A stretch of 60,769 bases of DNA from Bacteroidales bacterium. GTDB lineage: Bacteria > Bacteroidota > Bacteroidia > Bacteroidales > UBA4417. Position 1 is the stretch's first letter; each line of letters begins with the position of its first letter. Both the position numbers and the translations under genes were made by a program. The stretch spans positions 1 to 60,769 of the forward strand of contig JBBSDC010000004.1 in the NCBI GenBank assembly GCA_038249705.1. The letters run 5' to 3'. Of this stretch, positions 29,789 to 39,837 are shown in pieces. The notes beneath the pieces are model-generated. The model did no database searches. It worked only from the letters and a program-made list of their open reading frames with translations, and was not told the DNA's origin.

Positions 29789-31570
29789 TCACATTTTTAA
29801 CTTCTCTACCAGGCTTCTGTCAACGATCCGTCGGATGGGATAAACATTAAAATTACTGTCCCAGTAAGGGGTTTTGCTGTAAAACCAATTGAGTATAGCA
29901 TTTGGATTTGATGCAAATTCTTTGTCCGAAATCATTTTCTTCTCAAATTCCGCTTTCAGCAATGGATCTTTTTGAATCATTTCGCGAGCCATAGTTTCCA
30001 TAATGTACGATTCGGAATATTCCTTCTGTTCCATACAGGCATCGAAAAAGCCCCAGGCGGCATATGAATCGGGCGAAGCCGGCTCCAGTAAATGAGCTAT
30101 GACCCTGGCTGTGCGCTGGTTCATATCTACCAGCATTGTGCCCGCAGGGAAACTACTTAATTCAACCGAATCACTTAAATCGTATGTGAGTTTGTGGTGA
30201 CCTTCAACAGGTCTTTGCTGCCATCGTGCATTGCTGAACCGGGTAGTTTTAACCAGAAAAGTCATTTCCTGCTTCAAAGGTGTCATTTTAACTCCGTGTA
30301 ATTTCAAGCCATCAATAACAAATGCCAATTGAGGTGGAACAAGATATGCTTCGGGAAGTGTAACTAAATTACCCGGTTTATTGGTCGAAAAAGTAGTAAG
30401 CTGCCACACAGTCGGTTTCTGATTGTTGTATTTGAACCATATACCGCCTGTAAGTTCGCTTGTATCGGCGGTGTAATCAAATCCTTTAAATTCGGAAACA
30501 GTGCTATCCGCATAAGAGACTGCAAAACTTAAAGGAAACGGATTTGCCCTTAATTGCGGACTAGCGGCATACTCATCAGCTTTTTTTTCGAGAAGTTGTA
30601 GTGTTTTATATTCCTTATCAAGTATTTCGAGTGTATGCAAAAGCATGGTATACGAACTTGAAACCCTTACCTTGTATGGCTTTAGCATATGAGTTTCGAT
30701 AAGTAGTCCCGGACGGTTTTGAATAGCGGTATATCCCTGTGATAGCATGGGAGGAGCAACTCCAATAACCAAACCGCTGCGGGGATCGTGCCAGTTGCGG
30801 AACTGAACATAAGGAAACACCGGATACCCTGAACTCTCCATCTTACTTAAAATCAATTTCTCGAATGTGTTCTCTGTCCAGCCGGAAAGATGTTTTTCCA
30901 TACAGCCTCCGGTTTCGAGAGCATAGGTCATTGTGTACTGAAAATCGGCCCCGTCGGTTGAATGTATATCTACAAAAAATTCCGGCAACCATTTGTTAAA
31001 AAGCACAAGCCAGGCTTTCATTTCCGGAGCATCGGCTTTAATGAAATCGCGGTTAAGATTCAGGTTTTGGGAAGTCGTACGCCAGCCCATTTCCTCCGGA
31101 CCGTTCTGGTTAATCCGGTTGTAAGGGCTAAATCGCTCGTGCCCATCCGTATTAAATATCGGTATAAACAAGATGGTGATATGATTGAGTAACTCAATAT
31201 TCATTTTATTAATGACCAAATCGCGCAAAAGCATCATACCGGCGTCCTTTCCATCACTTTCACCCGGATGTATGCAGGCTTCGATCAACAACACTGCATT
31301 GCCGCTTTTCCTAACGGATTCGGGAGTAAAATTACCATTACGATCGGCAATAAGCAAAGGAAGATCGCGCCCCTGCGGACTTTTCCCGAAGCTTGTAAAA
31401 TGCAGTAAAGGCGAAGCAGCATCAAGTAGTTTACAAAAATCAATAGTTTCGGAATAACGAGGTGTTTTCAGAAAATTTGATTTTTCGTATAAAGTCACTA
31501 AAGCAGTATCCTGTGCACGTAACAAAACCGAAAAAGAAAGAAAGCTAATGAGAATGATTGTGTATTTCAT
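29789..31570 (-). CDS. M14 family zinc carboxypeptidase, exported
   Basis: Signal peptide from MKYTII (ATG 31570); IHPGE, NLNRDF, DIHS zinc-binding motifs. Confidence 0.85.
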   Translation of the reverse strand: MKYTIILISFLSFSVLLRAQDTALVTLYEKSNFLKTPRYSETIDFCKLLDAASPLLHFTSFGKSPQGRDLPLLIADRNGNFTPESVRKSGNAVLLIEACIHPGESDGKDAGMMLLRDLVINKMNIELLNHITILFIPIFNTDGHERFSPYNRINQNGPEEMGWRTTSQNLNLNRDFIKADAPEMKAWLVLFNKWLPEFFVDIHSTDGADFQYTMTYALETGGCMEKHLSGWTENTFEKLILSKMESSGYPVFPYVQFRNWHDPRSGLVIGVAPPMLSQGYTAIQNRPGLLIETHMLKPYKVRVSSSYTMLLHTLEILDKEYKTLQLLEKKADEYAASPQLRANPFPLSFAVSYADSTVSEFKGFDYTADTSELTGGIWFKYNNQKPTVWQLTTFSTNKPGNLVTLPEAYLVPPQLAFVIDGLKLHGVKMTPLKQEMTFLVKTTRFSNARWQQRPVEGHHKLTYDLSDSVELSSFPAGTMLVDMNQRTARVIAHLLEPASPDSYAAWGFFDACMEQKEYSESYIMETMAREMIQKDPLLKAEFEKKMISDKEFASNPNAILNWFYSKTPYWDSNFNVYPIRRIVDRSLVEKLKM

Positions 31571-31808
31571 TTTTTGTATTTGTAATTTAGGACAAATGTA
31601 AAGGTTCCAAAGCATTCCATATTGAACTGAAACAAAGGAATTTCAGTAAAACAGAAAAAACAGTAGTTAAATAGTTGTTAAATATTCGCAATAAAATTGC
31701 CGCCTCTCCCACTTAGCGATAACTTTGCAACAAAAATCATTTTCTTCTGTTTTTACTTTAAACTTTTAACAAAGTTTAAAGTCTAATCCCAACACAATTA
31801 ACAATCAC

Positions 31809-34307
31809 ATGCTGCAAATTACTAAACCCAGACCAACACTGATCTTCATCATACTTCTGATTTCCTATGTTTTAACAGCTCAAACTCAAAATTCGCAAAG
31901 AGGACAGAGTGCCAAAGCCGGGGGTAGTGGTGCTGCGCAGGGATATGGGGTTATAAGCGGTGTGCTTCACGATGCATCAACAAAAGAGCATGTTGAATAT
32001 GGTAATATACTGCTATTTAAAGCAAAAGATTCGACTATGATTACCGGGACAATTACCGATGCCAAAGGTAAATTTTTGTTCAGTAATGTGGTAGCGGATA
32101 AATATTATATCAAAGCCAGTTTTATTGGTTACGAAGATAAGTTTTATCCTGATATTACTATCTCGCAGCGAAATGCTGATATAAAAATGGGAGATCTTTT
32201 TATAAAACCCAAGATGTCAGGTCTCGAAGAAGTTGAAATTATTGCTGAGAAATCGCTGATTACCAACAATCTGGATAAAAAAATAATTACTGTTGACAAA
32301 ACCATGTCCTTGTCAGGCGGAACAGCAACTGATATTATGGAAAATGTTCCGAGTGTGGCCATTGATGCGGAAGGAAACGTAAGCATGCGCGGGAATTCGA
32401 ATATCACACTGCTTATTGACGGAAAACCTGCCAGCCAGGCCGGTATCAGCAGCAGCGACATTTTAAATCAATTACCAGCCAGTGCCATCGAATCCATTGA
32501 GATTATTACAAATCCTTCGGTAAGATATGATCCTGACGGAACATCAGGAATTATTAATATTGTATTGAAAAAGAAAGCATTACAGGGTTTCAACGGTCAA
32601 ATATCGGGTACCGTTGGTACAAACGAAAAGTACAATGGCTCTTTGAACCTGAATTACCGTACCAATAAAATTAACTTATTCGTTGGTGCCGATGGACGCT
32701 ATAATCTTACTGAGACATCATCGGAAAGCGAACGAACAAGCTCATATAGTGATTTTACAACCGTACTGAGGCAGACGCAGGAGGGTGAAAGCTTTCGCAA
32801 ATCGATGAATTTCAATGGAGGTATCGACTATTTTATTGATACCCGTAACAACATCACTTTATCTGTACAGAAACGGGATATGTCATTTGGCCAGGAAGGC
32901 CTGATGGCTAATAAAAATTACTACGGTACTGATTCACTTCTGGATAGCTACAACAGATACACTGATTCGCAGCGAAGCATCCAATCCCTGGGTTATACCT
33001 TATCCTATAAACATACTTTTGCCGAAAAGGGAAGGGAATTTACCCAGGACTTAATGTTTTATAACAATGAAATGAATAACGACCAACTCATTGATCAGCA
33101 GAATTTTGATCCTGTTACAAATAACGAAATCGGTCTGCTGCAATTGCAACACAATTATGCTACAAATAAAAACTACTTTTTTACTGCCCAAGGCAACTAC
33201 ATTCATCCTTTTGCAAGCGGTGCCCGGATAGAAACCGGGTATAAAGTTTCGGTGCGCGACCTGGGGATGGATTATGATTATACCACTTACAACCATAGCA
33301 CGGAAGAGTGGGACGAACAGATTTTGTTAAAGAACCACTACGACTACAAAGAACAGATTTATGCTGTTTACGGTATTTACGGAGCAACATGGAAAAAACT
33401 CCGCTATCAGGCCGGACTGCGTTATGAACAGGTGTATAACAAATCGAAAGTTGAGCAAACAGGATTAACCTATAGCAATCCTTATTACAATTTCTTTCCC
33501 TCGCTGCACACGCAATACGACCTTGGAAAGAACCGCGAACTGCAATTGAGTTACAGCCGCCGTGTCGATCGTCCATCGCCGCGCGAACTGAATCCGTATA
33601 TCGATTATTCCGATTCGCTTAATATACGCCAGGGAAATCCAGCCTTGCAACCGGAATATACCAACTCGCTTGAATTAGGCATTTTGAAATACTGGGATAA
33701 AACTTCGCTCACATCCAATGTGTTTTTCCGGAATACTACCGGCCTTATAGAAGATATTACAATGCTTGATACAACAGGTATAAGCTATACGATGCCACAA
33801 AATATCAACAACAGTAAATCTTTTGGAATTGAGTTTGTGGCCTCAGCCAACCCTTACAAATGGCTGAGGATCAATGGAAACATGTCGTTTTACGAATACC
33901 AGGTTAGTGATGTACCCGAATATCAGATACCGGCTACGGAAAGTTTTACATGGAGTGGACGCCTAAACGCTACCTTTATGTATTCGAAGGATGGGTCGTT
34001 TCAGTTGATCGGGAATTATATGTCCCCCACCAGTTCGCTACAGTCAGCCAGAGAAAGCAATTACAATATTGATGCTTCGTTGAGGCACGATTTTTTCAAA
34101 AGTAAGCTTACCGTTTCCCTCAGGATAACCGATATTTTCAATACGCGAAATTTCAATTCGGTAACCACCGGCACTAATTATAAAACTACTAATAACCGCT
34201 ATATGGAATCGCGGGTTTTATATGCTGGTATTCAGCTGAAGCTCAATAATTACAGTAAGAAATCGGAGAAGAACGGTAACGGCGAAATGCAGGACGAAGG
34301 ATACTAA
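31809..34307 (+). CDS. TonB-dependent-receptor-like outer-membrane beta-barrel protein
   Basis: Carboxypeptidase-regulatory-like N-domain; plug MRGNSNITLLIDGKP..IESIEIITNPSVRYDPDGTSGIINIVLKK; GNPALQPE. Confidence 0.85.
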   Translation: MLQITKPRPTLIFIILLISYVLTAQTQNSQRGQSAKAGGSGAAQGYGVISGVLHDASTKEHVEYGNILLFKAKDSTMITGTITDAKGKFLFSNVVADKYYIKASFIGYEDKFYPDITISQRNADIKMGDLFIKPKMSGLEEVEIIAEKSLITNNLDKKIITVDKTMSLSGGTATDIMENVPSVAIDAEGNVSMRGNSNITLLIDGKPASQAGISSSDILNQLPASAIESIEIITNPSVRYDPDGTSGIINIVLKKKALQGFNGQISGTVGTNEKYNGSLNLNYRTNKINLFVGADGRYNLTETSSESERTSSYSDFTTVLRQTQEGESFRKSMNFNGGIDYFIDTRNNITLSVQKRDMSFGQEGLMANKNYYGTDSLLDSYNRYTDSQRSIQSLGYTLSYKHTFAEKGREFTQDLMFYNNEMNNDQLIDQQNFDPVTNNEIGLLQLQHNYATNKNYFFTAQGNYIHPFASGARIETGYKVSVRDLGMDYDYTTYNHSTEEWDEQILLKNHYDYKEQIYAVYGIYGATWKKLRYQAGLRYEQVYNKSKVEQTGLTYSNPYYNFFPSLHTQYDLGKNRELQLSYSRRVDRPSPRELNPYIDYSDSLNIRQGNPALQPEYTNSLELGILKYWDKTSLTSNVFFRNTTGLIEDITMLDTTGISYTMPQNINNSKSFGIEFVASANPYKWLRINGNMSFYEYQVSDVPEYQIPATESFTWSGRLNATFMYSKDGSFQLIGNYMSPTSSLQSARESNYNIDASLRHDFFKSKLTVSLRITDIFNTRNFNSVTTGTNYKTTNNRYMESRVLYAGIQLKLNNYSKKSEKNGNGEMQDEGY

Positions 34308-34376
34308 AAAACTCCTTGAATTGGGCGAAATTTTCTGTTTCTCCGAACCCTGACACCTAAAACCTAATCCTTTCCA

Positions 34377-35417
34377 TTACATTTTTTTATCACCAAAACA
34401 AATCCCCATCATCCTCGATTTTTTAACCAATGAATGTTCGGGTGGTACCAGTTTTAACTTTCCTCCAACCTGTTCCAGCGGTACTGAAGTTATGGTTTCG
34501 CCATCTTTGCTTACCATTCGCCCGAATTTACCTTCAGCTATAAGTTCCACAGCATGAGCGCCATAGCGTGTTGCCAATATGCGATCCATGGCTGTTGGCG
34601 AACCTCCGCGCTGCACATATCCAAGTATGGTTTCGCGGGTTTCGAGACCGGCATTCTCCCTTATTGATTGTGAAACAAATGAAGCTGCAGAAACGCCTTT
34701 AGGCTTTTGAATGCCTTCGGCTACAACAACAATGGAATAAGGTTTCTTATTTTTGGCTCTTTTTTCGAGGTAACGAGCTACAATATCGAGGTCATATGGT
34801 ATTTCGGGAATCAAAATCACATCACCTCCACCGGCAACACCCGAATAAAGTGATATCCATCCGGCATGATGACCCATTAGCTCAATTACCATTATACGCT
34901 TATGCGAATTAGCAGTAGAATGCAACCTGTCAATAGCCTCTGTGGCAATGGTTACAGCAGTATCAAATCCAAAAGTTATATCAGTACCATATACATCATT
35001 ATCAATGGTTTTGGGAATACCTATTACGTTCATCCCTTCAGCTGCAAGTTTGGCAGCGGTTTTCTGAGTACCGTTGCCACCAATTACAACCAAAGCATCA
35101 AGTCCCATTTCTTTATAATTCTTCTTGACCATTTTCGACATATTAATCCCGGTAACAGGATCATTCTTAAAAGGCTTATCACGTGAAGTGCCCAGGATTG
35201 TTCCTCCGAGTGTTAGCATTCCGGATAGCTGGGTTTCATCAAGTTCAGCATATTCTTTATCAACAAGTCCGCGGAAACCTGAGGCTATACCTATTACTTT
35301 CATTCCATACTCGGTAATTGCTGTTTTACCAACACCACGTATTGCGGCATTAATACCAGGACAATCGCCTCCTGCAGTGAGTATTCCTATTTTCATTCCA
35401 CGGGTCGAAAGGGTCAT
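34377..35417 (-). CDS. pfkA: 6-phosphofructokinase (group III-like, probably ATP-dependent)
   Basis: GGDCPGINA, GGTILGTSR, GGNGT plus PKTIDND, ELMGHHAGW, LGYVQRGG. Confidence 0.9.
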   Translation of the reverse strand: MTLSTRGMKIGILTAGGDCPGINAAIRGVGKTAITEYGMKVIGIASGFRGLVDKEYAELDETQLSGMLTLGGTILGTSRDKPFKNDPVTGINMSKMVKKNYKEMGLDALVVIGGNGTQKTAAKLAAEGMNVIGIPKTIDNDVYGTDITFGFDTAVTIATEAIDRLHSTANSHKRIMVIELMGHHAGWISLYSGVAGGGDVILIPEIPYDLDIVARYLEKRAKNKKPYSIVVVAEGIQKPKGVSAASFVSQSIRENAGLETRETILGYVQRGGSPTAMDRILATRYGAHAVELIAEGKFGRMVSKDGETITSVPLEQVGGKLKLVPPEHSLVKKSRMMGICFGDKKM

Positions 35418-35582
35418 AATTATGCTTTTTTTATTTAATACAAAAGTAAGTTATTAGAGGACAGCCGTTGCCTTTTTTAATACAATAACACTATCATTTG
35501 AGTATAGTGAGGAAAGGCTTTAAAAAATCAAGGGTAAGAATTTAATTTTTCGTTCTGAGGAAAAAGCCCTGCTTGAAAAAGT

Positions 35583-35624
35583 ACGATTTACGAGGTACGA
35601 GGTACGAGGTACGAGGTACGACAA
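35583..35624. repeat. Heptamer repeat (ACGAGGT)x4 with degenerate flanking units
   Basis: ACGATTT (ACGAGGT)4 ACGACAA, about 40 nt downstream of the symporter stop. Confidence 0.9.
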
Positions 35625-35661
35625 TTGAATGAATGACAACTTATTGGTAAGTTCTGGTAAC

Positions 35662-36897
35662 TTAAGTTTTCAGAGTTTCTCCTTCTGATTTAGCTACTAC
35701 CACAGCTCCGCATGTATCGCCGTAAACATTTACAACAGTGCGGAACATATCGAGGATACGGTCGACGGCAAGTATCAAACCGATGCCTTCCAATGGAAGT
35801 CCGACAGCATTCATAACTATAGCCATCATTACGAGTCCTGCCATCGGGATACCTGCCGAACCTATAGCAGCAAGCAATGCTGTAAATACCACAATCATCT
35901 GCTGCGAAAACGTAAGATCGATACCATAAGCCTGGGCGATAAACATAACCGCAACGCATTCGTATAAAGCGGTTCCGTTCATATTAATGGTTGCGCCAAG
36001 CGGAAGCGTGAAACTTGCAATTTTATTGGATACACCACTTTTATGCTCAACAGCTTCGAGCGAAAGCGGTAAAGTAGCATTGGACGAGGATGTGGAAAAC
36101 GCAGTTAGTATAGGAACCGACATATTACGTAAATGCTTGATTGGATTTACTTTGCCTAACACTTTTAATGCAACTGAAAGAGTAATAAGCATATGAAATA
36201 GTAAAGCCACAATTACTGTAAGCATATAAAGACCAAGCCGCTGAGCTAAAGCCCAGATATCAGGAACCTGGCTGATTTGGTTGGCTACGATTCCGAATAT
36301 TCCAACTGGGGCAAATTTAATTATGAACATGGTAATCTCCATAACTACTTCAAGACTCGAATTGAAAAAATCAGTCAGGAAGCGGCGCGGTTTTTCATTT
36401 ACTTTGGTAATAAAAAAGCCGAAAAGAATAGCAAAAAATATAATGGAAAGCATTTCAGCCTGACTGAACGCGAGAAAAATATTTTTCGGAACTATATTAA
36501 GGAGTGTTTCTCCAATTGACTGCCGTGTATTACTCAGTCCTTCTAAATGTTGTATTAAACCCAGATCAGCGCCAAGGCCCGGCTGGGTGAAATTAACCAG
36601 TACCAGACCCGTAACAATAGCAAAAAAACTGGTAACCATATAAAAGCCCATCGTCTTCAATCCAAGCCTGCCCAAATTGTCGGCAGAGCCTACATTAGCC
36701 ACTCCGCTTATTATTGAACATAAAATAACCGGTACAATAACCATGTTCAGCGCACGAAGAAATAAAACACCCAGCCAGCTCACATAACCTACATATTCGG
36801 GCAACCAAGCACCATAAGCCACTCCCAATATAAGTCCGATTAAAATCTGCCAGTGCAGTGCGATGCGTTTCAACATAATTTTTCTTTTAAAAAACAT
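35662..36897 (-). CDS. Dicarboxylate/amino acid:cation symporter (GltP/GltT family)
   Basis: AFSTSSSNATLP, LPLGATINMNGTALY, AIGSAGIP, VDRILDMFRTVVNVYGD; start may be 36876. Confidence 0.93.
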   Translation of the reverse strand: MFFKRKIMLKRIALHWQILIGLILGVAYGAWLPEYVGYVSWLGVLFLRALNMVIVPVILCSIISGVANVGSADNLGRLGLKTMGFYMVTSFFAIVTGLVLVNFTQPGLGADLGLIQHLEGLSNTRQSIGETLLNIVPKNIFLAFSQAEMLSIIFFAILFGFFITKVNEKPRRFLTDFFNSSLEVVMEITMFIIKFAPVGIFGIVANQISQVPDIWALAQRLGLYMLTVIVALLFHMLITLSVALKVLGKVNPIKHLRNMSVPILTAFSTSSSNATLPLSLEAVEHKSGVSNKIASFTLPLGATINMNGTALYECVAVMFIAQAYGIDLTFSQQMIVVFTALLAAIGSAGIPMAGLVMMAIVMNAVGLPLEGIGLILAVDRILDMFRTVVNVYGDTCGAVVVAKSEGETLKT

Positions 36898-37148
36898 GCC
36901 GGTTGCCGATAAATAATTTCTGCTTCCAAATGTCCTATTTTGCTAGTTATCTGTCAATTATCCATGGTATTATACCATGTGGAAGCTGGGTAATCAATTC
37001 CGGCTTAGCTTCACAAATGTATTACAAGGATTTCAATAAGCAAAATCGCATTTGCAGAGTTATTTTACACTTTACTACAGTTTCTGCAAAAATCAGAGTA
37101 AAACACATTAATTTTACATATTGGTTTCAAATCCCTAAACCTCTGTAC

Positions 37149-38723
37149 ATGCAAAAAAAACTTTTAACATTCGGATGCATTCTGGCATTACTTACCGGCA
37201 CATTTATCGCACAAGCACAATATACAAATGTGATGATAAGTGATGAATATTATCCTGAGGAGACTTCCATTTTCATTAATCCGAAAAACACAAAACAAAT
37301 AATCGCCGGAGCAAATCTTAACTCGTTTTACTTTTCGTTCGATGGGGGACAAACCTGGACGCGAAATCCAATGAATTCGACATTAGGCGTTTATGGCGAT
37401 CCTTGTGTTATAATTGATACCAACGGATATTTTTATTTCTTTCATTTATCGTATCCCAACAACGAAACATGGCTCGACCAGATTGTATGCCAGCGATCAA
37501 CAAACAATGGATTATCGTGGAATAATGGTTCGGGTATAGGCAAAAACGACCCTAAACAGCAAGATAAAGAGTGGGCCTGTGTTAATCAGCAGAACAATGA
37601 AATTTATGTAACATGGACACAGTTCGATAGTTATGGATCGCCAAATCCGGATAGGGAATCAAATATTATGTTTTCGAAATCAGCTGACGAAGGAATAACC
37701 TGGAGTGATGCCATTGTGATAAATGAAATCCCCGGTAACTGTATCGATAGCGATAGTACGGTTGAAGGTGCCGTTCCGGCGGTGGGTCCAAACAGCGAAA
37801 TTTATACTGCCTGGGCCGGACCTGCGGGGCTTGTATTCGATCGTTCGCTGGATGGCGGAGAAACGTGGCTTGATACCGATATTTTTGTCAGCGATATCCC
37901 TGGCGGATGGGATTATGGGGTTCCTGGAATATACAGGGCGAACGGTTTGCCTGTTACATGCTGCGATATCAGTAATGGACCAAATAGGGGGAACATCTAT
38001 ATCAACTGGACTGATGAACGAAGCAGCACGGGCACAGAACAGGATCTGGATGTATGGCTGGCAAAATCGAGCGACGGAGGTAATACTTGGAGCACACCGA
38101 AACGAGTAAATGATGATGCCCCCGGTAAGCAGCAGTTTTTTACGTGGATGACTGTTGATCAGGTTACCGGTTATTTGTGGTTCGTGTTTTACGACAGGCG
38201 CAATTACGACGACACCCGAACTGATGTTTTTATGGCAGTATCGAAGGACGGAGGCGAAACATTCGAAAATTTCATCATCAGCGAAAGTCCGTTTATCCCT
38301 AATCCGAATGTGTTTTTTGGCGATTATACAGGCATATCGGCACATAACAACATTGTGCGGCCAATCTGGACAAGGCTTGATGAATTTAACCTTACGGTTT
38401 GGACTGCTTTAATGGATGATTACTTTACAGGCATTAAAAAAGAAGATGCCATTCCGTTTGCCATCGAAGAGGTTTATCCGAATCCTTTCAGCGAAAGCAC
38501 CGCATTTTCATTTAAATTGAGAGTACCATCAGTAATAAATCTGAGTGTTTACAATCAGTTTGGTCAGATAATATATGATCTTATAGATAATAAAATGCTA
38601 CAGCCCGGGAAGTATATTGAACTTTTCGATGCAGGCAAATTCAATCTTCCATCGGGGGTTTACTATTTTTCGCTCAGCGGCAACGGGATAAACAAACACC
38701 GAAAAATAGTTTATGAAAAGTAA
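37149..38723 (+). CDS. BNR/Asp-box (sialidase-like propeller) protein with T9SS type A CTD
   Basis: Signal peptide from MQKKLL (ATG 37149); repeated SxDGGxTW; CTD VYPNPF..GVYYF..RKIVYEK. Confidence 0.8.
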   Translation: MQKKLLTFGCILALLTGTFIAQAQYTNVMISDEYYPEETSIFINPKNTKQIIAGANLNSFYFSFDGGQTWTRNPMNSTLGVYGDPCVIIDTNGYFYFFHLSYPNNETWLDQIVCQRSTNNGLSWNNGSGIGKNDPKQQDKEWACVNQQNNEIYVTWTQFDSYGSPNPDRESNIMFSKSADEGITWSDAIVINEIPGNCIDSDSTVEGAVPAVGPNSEIYTAWAGPAGLVFDRSLDGGETWLDTDIFVSDIPGGWDYGVPGIYRANGLPVTCCDISNGPNRGNIYINWTDERSSTGTEQDLDVWLAKSSDGGNTWSTPKRVNDDAPGKQQFFTWMTVDQVTGYLWFVFYDRRNYDDTRTDVFMAVSKDGGETFENFIISESPFIPNPNVFFGDYTGISAHNNIVRPIWTRLDEFNLTVWTALMDDYFTGIKKEDAIPFAIEEVYPNPFSESTAFSFKLRVPSVINLSVYNQFGQIIYDLIDNKMLQPGKYIELFDAGKFNLPSGVYYFSLSGNGINKHRKIVYEK

Positions 38724-39082
38724 ATTTAATGCATCTCCTGATAACAGTGCGATAGAAAGCATTACAGAATATTAATGAGAGAAAGTAATTATTTATTGTA
38801 TTTTTGCGCCGCTCAGAAAATGACTTGAAAAGTGTGAGAAAACGTCCCTGATTCACTGGCTGTTCTGATTATTATCAGCTTCATGATGCTATTGCCGGCA
38901 AAAGTTTCTGCTTTCCGCTGTTATCAAAGCAAGTAAGATATGATTAGCAATGTTGGAAAAACTGATTTTCATACTGATACAACTTTTCCGAACAACTGTG
39001 CCCCTTTATTTTTATCTGAAAATTTAAATTTCGAACGAAGACAAAATAATTAACCCAGGCATCCATTACCTAAGCAATATTT

Positions 39083-39697
39083 ATGCGTGACCCGAACCAG
39101 CCACTGGTCGAAGAAGTAAGAAAATTACTCCCAGGCTACACATCCGATAAATTCACGTTTCGAAACCTCGCCAGCGACCTTAACAAGCCGGAAGAGTTAT
39201 TAGTTAAAACATTCGGAACTGAAGCTGTACTGATTGAAGAAATTCTGAATTTCGAACAACAGAACCTCGAAAGTATTTTTTCGGAAGCTGATTTTACCGA
39301 CACTAATGCCATTGACGGGCTACTGCATGTAAGTAAGGAAATAAGTGAAAAAATGGCTAATATCCTTCCATGTATTACGTTCGATCTTCGCCTGAAGTTT
39401 CCGGAAGTGAGACAAAGCTTTGTTGAGAAAAGGGTAAATTTTGTTGATTCCAAAATCACAGCTAATTTTGAAGACGGAATGGCTCAGGGCATGTATCGTC
39501 CTGATCTGAGCCCCGAACTTATATCCCGGATTTATATCAGCCGACTTCTCGATTTACACAATCCTGATTTCTTCGCTAACCAAACCATATCATTTTCAGT
39601 GCTTTTTGATGTAATGTTCGATACGTTTATACGAGGTATTTGTACGGAGAACGGTAAAAACTATTATGAAAATAAAATAAAATGCCTGAAATTTTAA
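39083..39697 (+). CDS. TetR/AcrR-like regulator with divergent HTH
   Basis: Size and C-terminal pattern (FDLRLKFPE, GMAQGMYRPDL, FIRGICTENG); TFRNLASDL in the helix-2 position, but the canonical recognition-helix motif is absent. Confidence 0.6.
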   Translation: MRDPNQPLVEEVRKLLPGYTSDKFTFRNLASDLNKPEELLVKTFGTEAVLIEEILNFEQQNLESIFSEADFTDTNAIDGLLHVSKEISEKMANILPCITFDLRLKFPEVRQSFVEKRVNFVDSKITANFEDGMAQGMYRPDLSPELISRIYISRLLDLHNPDFFANQTISFSVLFDVMFDTFIRGICTENGKNYYENKIKCLKF

Positions 39698-39837
39698 AGT
39701 AACCTATTGCATATCAGAATTATATATTCTCTTTTCAGGATGTAAAAAGCTGAAGAGAATCAAGTTTGAATAAAATAAAAAAAAATCGCAACAAGCAACC
39801 TTAATTGCTATCTTTAACTGAAATAAATCAGTTCGTT

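Noticed and set aside
36903-37148. 82-aa N-terminal extension of the BNR protein
   Set aside because: TTG start in the divergent intergenic region; a proper signal peptide begins at ATG 37149
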